Source: Patescibacteria group bacterium (GTDB taxonomy: Bacteria; Patescibacteriota; Minisyncoccia; Portnoybacterales; GWB1-42-6). Taken from it: 24,000 bases of DNA. The notes under the pieces were generated by a model. It ran no database searches and was not told the DNA's origin. It saw only the letters and a program-made list of their open reading frames with translations. This document shows, one piece after another, positions 12,769 to 20,822 of the stretch. The number at the start of each line of letters is the position of its first letter. Position 1 is the stretch's first letter. Made by a program: the position numbers and the translations under genes. The stretch covers positions 6,103 through 30,102 of the forward strand of contig JAHIST010000036.1 in the NCBI GenBank assembly GCA_018818145.1. Direction: 5' to 3'.

Positions 12769-13883
12769 TTATCCACGGTACCAATCCTTTACTTCTTCGT
12801 CCTTTTTGATAACTATAGCAAAGGTCGGTATAGAACCATGAATAGTGTTGTTTTTCAAAACCCAGGTCTTAGTTATTTCTGACAACCGCTCGAATTGAGC
12901 TTTTTTCCCGACCGATAGGTCGCCTATCTCCGGGTTAAGATTGAAGGTAATTAAAAGATCCTTTTTTTTCGTTAACGAGACCATGCAGATAGAGACTCGC
13001 CTCATGCCCTATGTCTATTTTGGTAACGGCTTCTTTTTGAAAAACAGGAAACAGATTCTCGTTAATTGCTTCCCGAGCTTTCTCCAGTTCCGCCCGAAGT
13101 TCACGAACACACACAAGCCATTCGTCAACCTCCTGTGCTAATCTTCTCAAAAAAACTTTGCCTCCGAGTCCCATTTTTTATATTGCCCCACGTGCAGCAA
13201 CAAATTGTAGCCTTCAATTTCCAACCACGCTCTTTGCGAGGAGATGCTGCGGCCTTTAGCAATCAACAGAATTCTTCTGAGCTCCGAAGGCATAGGCTCA
13301 ACTATCCACCGCGACAAGGAATCATCGTCCCATTTCTCGTTCGTATGTTCCCTGATTATTGCCAGAATTTCTTTTCCTTCTGTTGGATGTATATATTTTC
13401 TCTTGTCCCGTGCCTTTTGATCGTAAACACAGCCACTACCCTCGTTGGCTGGCCTGACAACAGCGGCAATAAATCGAAAAGTGTCCATACTCTCTTCGTC
13501 CAAACTAGGTCGCCATTGCTTGATAACCCGCTTTAAAATATCCAGTTTGGTTTCAAGTACCGCGGGTTCCATATACGAAAACATATTCCCCTTGTCTTTA
13601 ATTTCCTTTGATACAGGCAAATTAAAAAAATGTCGCGCATCAGTGTATCCAGAAACATCCGGTTGGCTCGCTTATCAGCCTCGGGCATGCTTAGATGCTC
13701 CAGCAACTGCTCTTTTTCAAATTCCTGATCGCGAAAAAGTTGCCCAAGATGTTCTATAAGCGTTTTCGCGGCCAAATCCAGATGGTTATTTGCTGCCATC
13801 AACAAGCCTTGCACCGTTGCCTCTACCGGCGTCATAGAATGACGCTTGTCCTTCCCTGACTCTCCGCTAAATTCTTTGTTCAT
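12769..13883 (-). pseudogene. one ~370-codon gene split into four overlapping frames by three homopolymer frameshifts (unknown function)
   Basis: Track ORFs 13533..13883, 13147..13620, 12935..13174 and 12769..13005 overlap head-to-tail. Each frame change coincides with a homopolymer:
- 13625-13631: T7 on the coding strand
- 13149-13155: T7 on the coding strand
- 12962-12969: A8 on the coding strand
Adding one T at each of the first two and removing one A at the third gives a continuous ORF. The ORF tails past each run look like out-of-frame junk. Confidence 0.6.
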
Positions 13884-14089
13884 TTTTGCCTCCTTTTACG
13901 GCCGCGGCCGTTTTTTCTCTTCCTCCGCAGAGAAAGAGCCCCAGCTTGAATCCTTGGATTCTGCCGAGAAAATTGATAAAAAGGACAATAAAACTAATAG
14001 CCTTTATATATCACAATCGCTCGTCAATATCAAGGCGGCGCTTGTCAAAACCGTATTTTGTGATAAAATGGACAAAAGATAAAAGCGAC

Positions 14090-14148
14090 CCGAATGACGC
14101 TAATCTTCACCCGAATGACCCGAATATTCATTCGTGTGGGCGCATTCG
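14090..14148. repeat. CGAATG/CATTCG short repeat cluster upstream of rpmE
   Basis: CCGAATGAC occurs at 14090 and 14111, CCGAATATTCATTCG (an inverted pair) at 14120-14134, and CATTCG at 14143-14148. Confidence 0.5.
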
Positions 14149-14154
14149 TATAAT
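14149..14154 (+). promoter_or_regulatory. candidate -10 box (TATAAT) for rpmE-prfA
   Basis: A perfect TATAAT lies 50 nt upstream of the rpmE ATG. The -35 region is weak (TTCATT-like). Confidence 0.35.
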
Positions 14155-14203
14155 GTCCTGATCCGCCAGCGGGCAGAGAAGGACTTATCGCTATTCGCGT
14201 GCT

Positions 14204-14464
14204 ATGAAAAAAGACATTCACCCAACCTATTATCCCGAAGCCGTTGCCAAATGCGCCTGCGGCAATACTTTTAAGGTCGGCTCCACCAAGCCCGAACTTA
14301 ATGTTGAAATTTGTTCGGCCTGCCATCCTTTTTATACCGGCAAAGAAAAACTAATTGACACGGCCGGCCGCGTTGAAAGATACCGGAAACTGCAGACGAG
14401 AGGCAAAGAAATGCAAGCCAAAAAACCGGTTAAAAAAATCCGGGTTAAAAAACAAAAAAAATGA
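14204..14464 (+). CDS. rpmE: 50S ribosomal protein L31 (Zn-binding type) with Lys-rich C-terminal tail
   Basis: [23 protein letters not shown]...[11 protein letters not shown] is the L31 signature with its CxC...CxxC pattern. The stop overlaps the prfA start (ATGA). Confidence 0.93.
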   Translation: MKKDIHPTYYPEAVAKCACGNTFKVGSTKPELNVEICSACHPFYTGKEKLIDTAGRVERYRKLQTRGKEMQAKKPVKKIRVKKQKK

Positions 14465-15207
14465 ATGTGCAAAGCAAAGGAATTATAATGGAAATCCGCG
14501 CCGGAACCGGAGGCGAAGAAGCGGCTATTTTTGCGGCTGACCTCTTTCGAATGTATACTAAGTACGCCCAATCTCAAAATTGGGGTTTTTCTATTATAGA
14601 CAAAAGTTTAACCACGCTGGGCGGAATTAAAGAAGTGGTAATAGAAATTAATGGCCCGGAAGTTTATAACCAACTTCAATATGAAAGCGGCGTTCACCGG
14701 GTACAGCGCGTGCCTAAAACCGAAAAAAATGGCCGGATCCATACCTCAACCGCTTCCGTGGCTATTTTGCCAAAGATTGAAGCCACCGAAATCAAAATTA
14801 ATTCGCAAGACATAAAGATTGATATGGCGCGCTCCTCGGGCCCGGGCGGACAAAACGTTAATAAACGATCCACCGCCGTTAGGATCACCCACTTACCGAC
14901 CAATATTGTTGTCTTTTCTCAAACCGAAAGATCTCAGCCGCAAAATAAAGAAATTGCTATGGAAATTCTACGAGCCAAGCTTTATGAGCGGGCCAACCAG
15001 CAGCAAATGTCACAATTAAGCCAGGAGCGGCGAGATCAGATTGGCACGGCTGATCGCTCCGAAAAAATACGGACATATAACTTTCCGCAAAACCGCCTGA
15101 CCGACCATCGTATTGGCAAAAGCTGGCACGATTTAGAATCAATTATAGACGGCCGGCTCGAGACGGTTATTAAGGCATTCCGCAAAAACGAAGCTCCTAA
15201 AAATTGA
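14461..15207 (+). CDS. prfA: peptide chain release factor 1 lacking the N-terminal domain 1 (248 aa)
   Basis: [39 protein letters not shown] (PxT-type codon-recognition motif, so RF1 class) and SGPGGQNVN (GGQ). The sequence begins where E. coli RF1 is at about residue 105, by my recollection. Confidence 0.88.
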   Translation: MNVQSKGIIMEIRAGTGGEEAAIFAADLFRMYTKYAQSQNWGFSIIDKSLTTLGGIKEVVIEINGPEVYNQLQYESGVHRVQRVPKTEKNGRIHTSTASVAILPKIEATEIKINSQDIKIDMARSSGPGGQNVNKRSTAVRITHLPTNIVVFSQTERSQPQNKEIAMEILRAKLYERANQQQMSQLSQERRDQIGTADRSEKIRTYNFPQNRLTDHRIGKSWHDLESIIDGRLETVIKAFRKNEAPKN

Positions 15208-15226
15208 ATGTCGCGGAGGGGGAAAA

Positions 15227-15291
15227 CCGGGTAGTGAAAATTCGGCATATAGAATTTGGCGTTGCGCGCCAGCCGAATTTCTACTACCCGG
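15227..15291. repeat. long imperfect hairpin (20-nt arms, 18/20 paired) downstream of prfA
   Basis: CCGGGTAGTGAAAATTCGGC (15227-15246) pairs with GCCGAATTTCTACTACCCGG (15272-15291). On the minus strand it is followed by UUUUCC, which is terminator-like for a minus-strand transcript. Confidence 0.45.
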
Positions 15292-15360
15292 AAAGGTCGA
15301 AGAAATTAATCTAAAAATCTGCTCCCTCATTATCCCAAAGCTAAAAGCTATTTGTTTAGC

Positions 15361-15460
15361 CCCCACACCAGAATACCACAGGCGTCAGTCCATAGATGAA
15401 TGGTTGGGTGCCCGAAATGGTATTGCCCCAATGACACGGAAGTAAGTCCGTGGTGTGGGG
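15361..15460. ncRNA. candidate ~100-nt structured RNA of unknown class
   Basis: There is a 10-bp closing helix CCCCACACCA/TGGTGTGGGG (15361-70/15451-60) and a nested 7-bp helix AATACCA/TGGTATT (15372-78/15418-24). Inner hairpins are CCAT-AGATGA-ATGG and CGGA-AGTAAG-TCCG. The strand is undetermined. Confidence 0.3.
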
Positions 15461-15499
15461 TTAACCCGCTTTGGTTTTAATAAAGGAACAGAAAAAAGA

Positions 15500-16108
15500 A
15501 TGAATGCTATGCCGGGCCCACAGTTTGGCCAAGAAATGGGAGAAAAAAGCTGGTTCCGAAATAATGCCCAAAAAATAGTTCTTTCGCTAATAGTTGTTTT
15601 ACTGGCAATCGGCGGTTTCTATTTCTACAAAAACTATCAGGAGAGACAAGCGTTGCTTAAACCCGCGCTTGAAGAAATGCAGAGCTTAAACGCGACTCCC
15701 TCGCCTCAAGAATCGCCAATCGCTTCGGCCGCCAATGAGCAGCCCCAATCCTCCGTCTTGGGCGTCCAGCAATCAAAGATGGCTGCGCCAGAAACCAGAA
15801 AAGAAAACTCTAATATTATTGCCCGCGCCGCCAAAGGAAACGGCGCCACTCATCTGGCCCGCCAGTCTCTCAAAGAATATCTTAAAGATAAATCTGATTT
15901 AGCCGGACAGCTGAAAGCGGAACAAAAGATTTATATTGAAGATTATCTGCAAAAACATGTTCCGCGTTCAAAAACCCTGAAGGTCGGCGACGAAATTACT
16001 TTTTCCGATAGCTTAATCCAAGACGCGATAAGCCAGGCCCAGAAACTCACGGATAAACAAATTAACAACTTACATAAATACGTTCTTTTAGCACCTTCTC
16101 TAAATTAG
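15500..16108 (+). CDS. hypothetical membrane-anchored protein
   Basis: The ATG at 15500 is preceded by AAGGA about 12 nt upstream; the track's GTG at 15455 lies inside the helix of the structured element. It has a TM helix (IVLSLIVVLLAIGGFYFY). I recognise no family. Confidence 0.6.
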   Translation: MNAMPGPQFGQEMGEKSWFRNNAQKIVLSLIVVLLAIGGFYFYKNYQERQALLKPALEEMQSLNATPSPQESPIASAANEQPQSSVLGVQQSKMAAPETRKENSNIIARAAKGNGATHLARQSLKEYLKDKSDLAGQLKAEQKIYIEDYLQKHVPRSKTLKVGDEITFSDSLIQDAISQAQKLTDKQINNLHKYVLLAPSLN

Positions 16109-16163
16109 ACACGAAAGCAACGAATATTTACTAAACAAACTAATTAAATACTTAAAGCAAAAA

Positions 16164-16186
16164 TCCCGCAATAGGCGGGGTTTTTG
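16164..16186. terminator. bidirectional Rho-independent terminator
   Basis: AAAAATCCCGC-AATAG-GCGGGGTTTTTG lies between convergent genes ending at 16108 (+) and 16205 (-). Confidence 0.7.
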
Positions 16187-16204
16187 CTTACTTTAATCTC
16201 CAAA

Positions 16205-17527
16205 TCATCTAATAATTATATTCAGTTGCTCCTGTATCACGCCGGCCAAATCCATCACCTGGTCACCGTAAAAATAATAAGTCGGGTTATTCCAGCGGCT
16301 GCCGGCAAAATAAATCTGAGCGGCTTTCCATTCGGCGTTTTCCGTCCGGGCATTGGCGCCGCCATGCGCTAATTTAACACCCGCAGCGACAAAAGCATCT
16401 TCAATGTTCCAGGGATCCGGCGGATCGTGTCCTGTCAGTTGCCTGACCCGGTCTTCATATTGCAGCCAAACCGAAGGCAAAAATTGCGCCGGGCCCATCG
16501 CCCCGCCCCAACCATAAGAAGGTTTTTTTGAAACAGGCGTGGTATCAGGATTCAAACCGAGTTTTTCACAAATTTGCACAAAAGCAGTTTTATCTCTTGA
16601 ATGCATGTCTTGGCGCCAAGTGCCAGTGCCGACTTTTTCACCCCAGCTTGACTCTTTTTTCAAAACGGCCAGCAAAAAGGCGGGCCGCACGCCAGTAAGA
16701 TCAGACGCTTTTTTGGCATACTGATAAGCCTGCTCCAAAGACATAGACAGCCCGACCCCCTCCAATAGATAAAGGCTTTTCCTGATTGAGGCGGCGTCGG
16801 CTTGCGCTTTTACCAGTAGTTTTTGAAAAGTACTCTCCTGCCCATTTGTTTGAGCCAATAAATTATTTTTATCAGCTTGCTGCGCCGCCACGGCTTGACG
16901 CTGGATCTGTTGCAAAACTTTCAGCTGGTTCAATTCCCCCCTTCTGTCTTCCAATACTTGCTTGTCGGCCTGCAAAACAGCTTTAAATTCTTTAATCTGT
17001 TCCATGCTCTCTTGAATCTCCCGCTGAATGCTCTCAAGAGAACTGACGCGCTCAAAAATATCGGAAAGTTTATCGTCGCTCAAAAAAGCCTCAATCAAAT
17101 TTTGCTGATCATAATCATTAATCAATCTTAAATAATCGCCCAATATTTTCCTCTCTCGCCCTATTTTCAATTCCGCCTGCCCCAGCTCCAAATTTTTTCC
17201 GGAGATTTCCTCTTCCGTCTGCTTAATCGCCAAGCCCGTCTGTTTTATTTCCAGTTCCGCCGTTTTTATTTTGCTGTTAAGCAAAGCGACGTCCCTTTTA
17301 AGCGTTCTGCCCTGCTGCTGAAGATCTTTAATGTTTTGGCGATAATCGTTTATTTGTGACTGCAGCTCGTCAATTTGCTGGCGCAAGTCGTCTTTTAACT
17401 CTTCGGCCGGCGAAGCCCAAACTTCCTGAATGCAAAAAAGAGAAAAAATCAAACAAAAAAATCCCAAAACGGCAAAACACCATTTGGGAATTTTTAATTC
17501 GTGTCTAAATTCAAAAATTTTTTTCAT
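16205..17527 (-). CDS. secreted coiled-coil protein with C-terminal lytic transglycosylase (SLT/MltB-like) domain
   Basis: It has a signal peptide or anchor (AVLGFFCLIFSLFCIQEVWA) and long heptad-like Q/E/K-rich repeats. C-terminal motifs are LAVLKKESSWG (catalytic Glu context) and GAMGPAQFLPSVW. I prefer the ATG at 17527 to the TTG at 17533. Confidence 0.8.
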   Translation of the reverse strand: MKKIFEFRHELKIPKWCFAVLGFFCLIFSLFCIQEVWASPAEELKDDLRQQIDELQSQINDYRQNIKDLQQQGRTLKRDVALLNSKIKTAELEIKQTGLAIKQTEEEISGKNLELGQAELKIGRERKILGDYLRLINDYDQQNLIEAFLSDDKLSDIFERVSSLESIQREIQESMEQIKEFKAVLQADKQVLEDRRGELNQLKVLQQIQRQAVAAQQADKNNLLAQTNGQESTFQKLLVKAQADAASIRKSLYLLEGVGLSMSLEQAYQYAKKASDLTGVRPAFLLAVLKKESSWGEKVGTGTWRQDMHSRDKTAFVQICEKLGLNPDTTPVSKKPSYGWGGAMGPAQFLPSVWLQYEDRVRQLTGHDPPDPWNIEDAFVAAGVKLAHGGANARTENAEWKAAQIYFAGSRWNNPTYYFYGDQVMDLAGVIQEQLNIIIR

Positions 17528-17553
17528 TGGCAAAATGAAAACGGCTGGTAAAA

Positions 17554-18249
17554 TTATTGTGCGTTTTTTTCTTCTTTTGCTTCCGCTTGGGCTTCGGTTC
17601 CTTGAGCGGCTTCTTTGGCAGCTTTTTCTTCTTCGCCCACCACCTTGATCTCGCCGACTTCTTCAACCGGCTTGGCTTCTATTTCTTTTAATTCTTCTTC
17701 CGAGCGGGGCGGAGCGACAAAAGCTACCGTCGCCTCCGGTTCGGCCAAAATTTTTACTTTTTCGCCCGCACTTAATCCTTTAATAAAAATTTTATCTTCA
17801 AAAGTATTTAAAAAAGAGATCTCCACGGCAATTTCTTTGGGTAAATCCTGCGGCAGCGCTTCAACTTCAATTTCCTGAATAGCCCTGACCAAAACCCCGC
17901 CTTCGGCCTTTATTGCCGGTGACTCACCAATGAAAACCAGCGGAATTTTCGCCTTTAATTTTTCGTCCATTCTGACCTCATAAAAATCAACGTGTAAAAT
18001 TTCATCGGTAAGGGGATCTTTGGCCAAATCGTGAATCAGCACATTGTGTTTTTTGCCGCCGACCAAAAGATATAAAATACTGGTCTCGCCTGCCTGATTC
18101 AACGCCTTCTGAAATTCTCTGGCCCGAACTTCCAAGGGAACAGATTTAATTCTGTGACCATACAAAATAGCCGGAATATATCCGGTTTTCCTTAATTTTT
18201 TAACTTTTTTGCCAAGAATTTCTCTGGGCTGGGCTTTAAGTTCAAGCAT
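17554..18249 (-). CDS. rplY: 50S ribosomal protein L25/Ctc-form with acidic C-terminal tail
   Basis: LKAQPREILGKKVKKLRKTGYIPAILYG, LIHDLAKDPLTDEILHVDF and ALPQDLPKEI are L25/Ctc signatures. I chose the ATG at 18249; the track's TTG at 18312 adds an implausible hydrophobic leader. Confidence 0.9.
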   Translation of the reverse strand: MLELKAQPREILGKKVKKLRKTGYIPAILYGHRIKSVPLEVRAREFQKALNQAGETSILYLLVGGKKHNVLIHDLAKDPLTDEILHVDFYEVRMDEKLKAKIPLVFIGESPAIKAEGGVLVRAIQEIEVEALPQDLPKEIAVEISFLNTFEDKIFIKGLSAGEKVKILAEPEATVAFVAPPRSEEELKEIEAKPVEEVGEIKVVGEEEKAAKEAAQGTEAQAEAKEEKNAQ

Positions 18250-18341
18250 AAAAATAATTAGCAATAAACAGTTAACAGTAAACAATATAACATAGGAAAA
18301 ATAAAAAAACAAGAAGCTCCATCTCCTTTATCCTTGATTGT

Positions 18342-18551
18342 TTATTGTATTTTTATGGTTTGCACCGGACAAACTTCCGCCGCCTCTTTGGCGCAGCCAA
18401 CGTCGGCGGTTTCCAATTCCATATTCTCTCCGGCCATCTGGCCACCTTTGATCTTAGACAAATTATCATCGCCCATTTCAAAGTATCTATCGCAAACCGC
18501 GACGCACGACCCGCAACCGATACATTTTGAACGTTCTAATGTTATTTTCAT
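18342..18551 (-). CDS. small ferredoxin (single Fe-S cluster type)
   Basis: CIGCGSCVAVC ... CP is a cluster-binding pattern. I prefer the ATG at 18551 (MKITLERSKCIGCG) to the TTG at 18575. Confidence 0.8.
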   Translation of the reverse strand: MKITLERSKCIGCGSCVAVCDRYFEMGDDNLSKIKGGQMAGENMELETADVGCAKEAAEVCPVQTIKIQ

Positions 18552-18653
18552 TGAATTTCTTTTCGCGCATGGCAAAAGTTTTGTAATAAAATCGCGATGA
18601 GCCGAGCGTATGAAAATCTCGTGTTTATGGTTGATGGCGGATAGCGATTTTAG

Positions 18654-18692
18654 CTCGCCCCGTTAGATTTGAAAATTATCTAACGGGGCGAG
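18654..18692. repeat. perfect 15-bp-stem hairpin repeat CTCGCCCCGTTAGAT / ATCTAACGGGGCGAG
   Basis: The arms lie at 18654-18668 and 18678-18692 with a 9-nt loop. It shares the 10-mer TAACGGGGCG with the outer bracket of the tRNA-Thr locus (10407-10418). Confidence 0.65.
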
Positions 18693-18883
18693 GCGAATCC
18701 GATTTTATCAAAACTTTATGCCTGCGCAGGAGTTTTTCTGGTTCTCTTTTGCCTGCCCGCCGATAACCAAAGCTGATTACGCGGAATTACATCCTTTGAG
18801 TGATTAAGTTTGCCTTAGATGCAGTATTACCAAATCATTATCGTGCTTTGGCAGGCGCGGTCGATACAAAAGAGAACGAAATG

Positions 18884-19852
18884 TTATTGCAATTTAACGG
18901 GCGTTATCGGCGCCTCACCATTTAGCACCGCGATAATATTTTTTGCCGCCAATTCCGACATCGCGCCGCGAGTTTCCTCGGTCGCAGAAGCCGTATGGGG
19001 CGTCAAAACCGTGTTGGGTAATTCCGCCAATCCCGGCGCCATTTTTGGTTCCTGCTCATAGACATCCAACGCCGCGCCTTTAATTTCACCCGACTTTAAC
19101 GCTTCCACGAGGGCTGTCTCATCCACCACCGGCCCGCGCGAAGTGTTTATCAAATAAGCCGTCTTTTTCATCATCTTTAAACGCTCGGCGTTTATCAAAT
19201 GTTTTGTTTCGGGAGTCAGCGGCACGTGAATTGAAACAAAATCTGAATCTTTTAGTAAACTCTCCAAATCGCGATACTCCAATTTATATTTTTGCTCCGC
19301 CTCTTCATTTCGCCTGACATCATAATACAAAATTTTCATCTCAAAGCCGTCCGTCATTCTTTTAGCCACGGCTTCGCCAATCCGGCCAAGACCGACCAGC
19401 CCCAATGTCTTGCCGACTAAATCATTGCCCAAAAACAGCATCGGCGCCCAGCCGACATATTTGCCGTCGCGCATATATTGATCCGATTCTACAATTCTGT
19501 GCGCCAGCGCAAAAATCAGCGCCATGGCGTGTTCCGCCACTGATTCCGTTAAAACGCCCGGCGTATTGGTGACAATAACATTGTGGCTGGCCGCATCCTT
19601 TAAATTAATATTATCAATTCCCACCGCGTAGTTAGCGATAATTTTTAACTGCGGCCCGGCTGCTTTCATAACTTCCGCGTCCATTTTATCGGTCAACAAG
19701 AACAAAATGGCGTCAACGCCCCTGACCCTTTCCAGCAACTGCTTACGCGGCAAAACGCCGTCAAAATCCGAAACCTCCACTTCAAAACCAGCCTCCTTTA
19801 ACATTTTGATTCCGGCATCCGGAATCACTCGTGTCACAAAAACTTTTGACAT
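18884..19852 (-). CDS. D-isomer-specific 2-hydroxyacid dehydrogenase (glyoxylate/hydroxypyruvate reductase-like)
   Basis: GLVGLGRIGEAVAKR (NAD fold), NTSRGPVVDE, ALDVYEQEP and TPHTASAT are family signatures. 322 aa with an ATG start. Confidence 0.9.
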   Translation of the reverse strand: MSKVFVTRVIPDAGIKMLKEAGFEVEVSDFDGVLPRKQLLERVRGVDAILFLLTDKMDAEVMKAAGPQLKIIANYAVGIDNINLKDAASHNVIVTNTPGVLTESVAEHAMALIFALAHRIVESDQYMRDGKYVGWAPMLFLGNDLVGKTLGLVGLGRIGEAVAKRMTDGFEMKILYYDVRRNEEAEQKYKLEYRDLESLLKDSDFVSIHVPLTPETKHLINAERLKMMKKTAYLINTSRGPVVDETALVEALKSGEIKGAALDVYEQEPKMAPGLAELPNTVLTPHTASATEETRGAMSELAAKNIIAVLNGEAPITPVKLQ

Positions 19853-19892
19853 ATGTGTATATTTTTTATTATTAATTTTTATCTTCCCATTC

Positions 19893-19959
19893 TGTCATTC
19901 TGACGAAAGTCAGAATCCAGATTTTAATTTCTGGATTCCGGCTCAAGGCCGAAATGACA
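19893..19959. repeat. Y-shaped palindromic repeat GTCATT-[hairpin]-AATCC..GGATT-[hairpin]-AATGAC, copy 1
   Basis: TGTCATT-CTGACGAAAGTCAG-AATCCAG-ATTTTAATTT-CTGGATT-CCGGCTCAAGGCCG-AAATGACA. Confidence 0.65.
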
Positions 19960-19972
19960 AAATGTTTTTTAT

Positions 19973-20797
19973 TTACTTTATAAATTTAAAAGTGAAAAGG
20001 ATTTGATTGCAGTACTCCAATAGATTTTTATAGCCAGAACTATAATCTACGCAATTAGCATAAATAGTTTTATTATTATCATCTTTAAAAAATATCCTAT
20101 TTTCGCCATTCTGAAAATTTTCATCAGTAAATAACTTCGTCTGCATAGGGATGCTTAAATTTGATCTACTATCTTTAACATTACTGATTACTAGACGCGG
20201 TGGTTCATAACCATCAATATTTTCTTCTTGAAAATCAAATTGAAATTGCGTTTTATCTTGAAAAAAAGACTGATCAACAACTTTCCAACTATCAGGATAC
20301 TTCACCTCAAACCCATACTCCTCATTCCGATAAGTCTGCCAGTTGGCAATTCCACTAATTTCATCTGCAAGAATAAACTCGCATTTTCTGTTCTGGCAGA
20401 TAGTTTCGCCCTGTTTGCAATTAAACAAAGCAATACAGCTAATATCGCGACAAGTTTTGTCTATTTTTTCCTCCCAAGAATCTAAATATTTTTTATTAAT
20501 ACCTTCCTGCGTTCCGCCACTGCCACATCCACAACAACTACTCTGGGTTTCAACGCAATCTGTGTCCGCCTCGCAAATTCTCCATTCGTCCGGTAAGGCA
20601 AGGGTTATTCCCGGTGAAATTGGTGTGTAGATATTAAAATACCAATAAGCACCATAGCCCGCAGCTATTACAAAAATAATTACAGTGGCAATAATAAAAG
20701 CGATTTTAACCGGCCTTCTTTTGGGCGGCTCGCTTGGTTCCACTGGTACGACTGGCTCATTATCATTAATAGTTGGCTGATTCTGCTGGTTGTCCAT
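19973..20797 (-). CDS. hypothetical membrane-anchored Cys-rich secreted protein
   Basis: 274-aa ORF with an ATG start in an AT-rich segment. It has a Pro-rich N-terminus and a TM helix (IAFIIATVIIFVIAAGYGAYWYF). A Cys-rich module (CEADTDCVETQSSCCGCGSGG...) is followed by a WQTYRNEEYGFEVKYPDSW-type domain. Confidence 0.65.
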   Translation of the reverse strand: MDNQQNQPTINDNEPVVPVEPSEPPKRRPVKIAFIIATVIIFVIAAGYGAYWYFNIYTPISPGITLALPDEWRICEADTDCVETQSSCCGCGSGGTQEGINKKYLDSWEEKIDKTCRDISCIALFNCKQGETICQNRKCEFILADEISGIANWQTYRNEEYGFEVKYPDSWKVVDQSFFQDKTQFQFDFQEENIDGYEPPRLVISNVKDSRSNLSIPMQTKLFTDENFQNGENRIFFKDDNNKTIYANCVDYSSGYKNLLEYCNQILFTFKFIK

Positions 20798-20822
20798 ATA
20801 TTATTGAGCAAAACTTTATTTT

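Noticed and set aside
12769-13883. IS3-type transposase with programmed -1 frameshift
   Set aside because: The U_UUU_UUA heptamer suggested it. However, no terminal inverted repeats, HTH-plus-DDE layout or transposase-like motifs are visible, and there are three frame changes rather than one.
13846-14326. ORFs 13846..14082, 13886..14161 and 14045..14326
   Set aside because: They lie in the divergent promoter and repeat region or antisense to rpmE. The peptides reflect CGAATG repeats (..PNDANLHPNDPNIHS..).
14461-15207. Alternative genetic code (UGA reassigned), as in some candidate phyla
   Set aside because: - rpmE, ndk and prfA end on in-frame TGA at the positions expected from homologs.
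- tRNA-Trp has anticodon CCA.
- No conserved protein here needs read-through.
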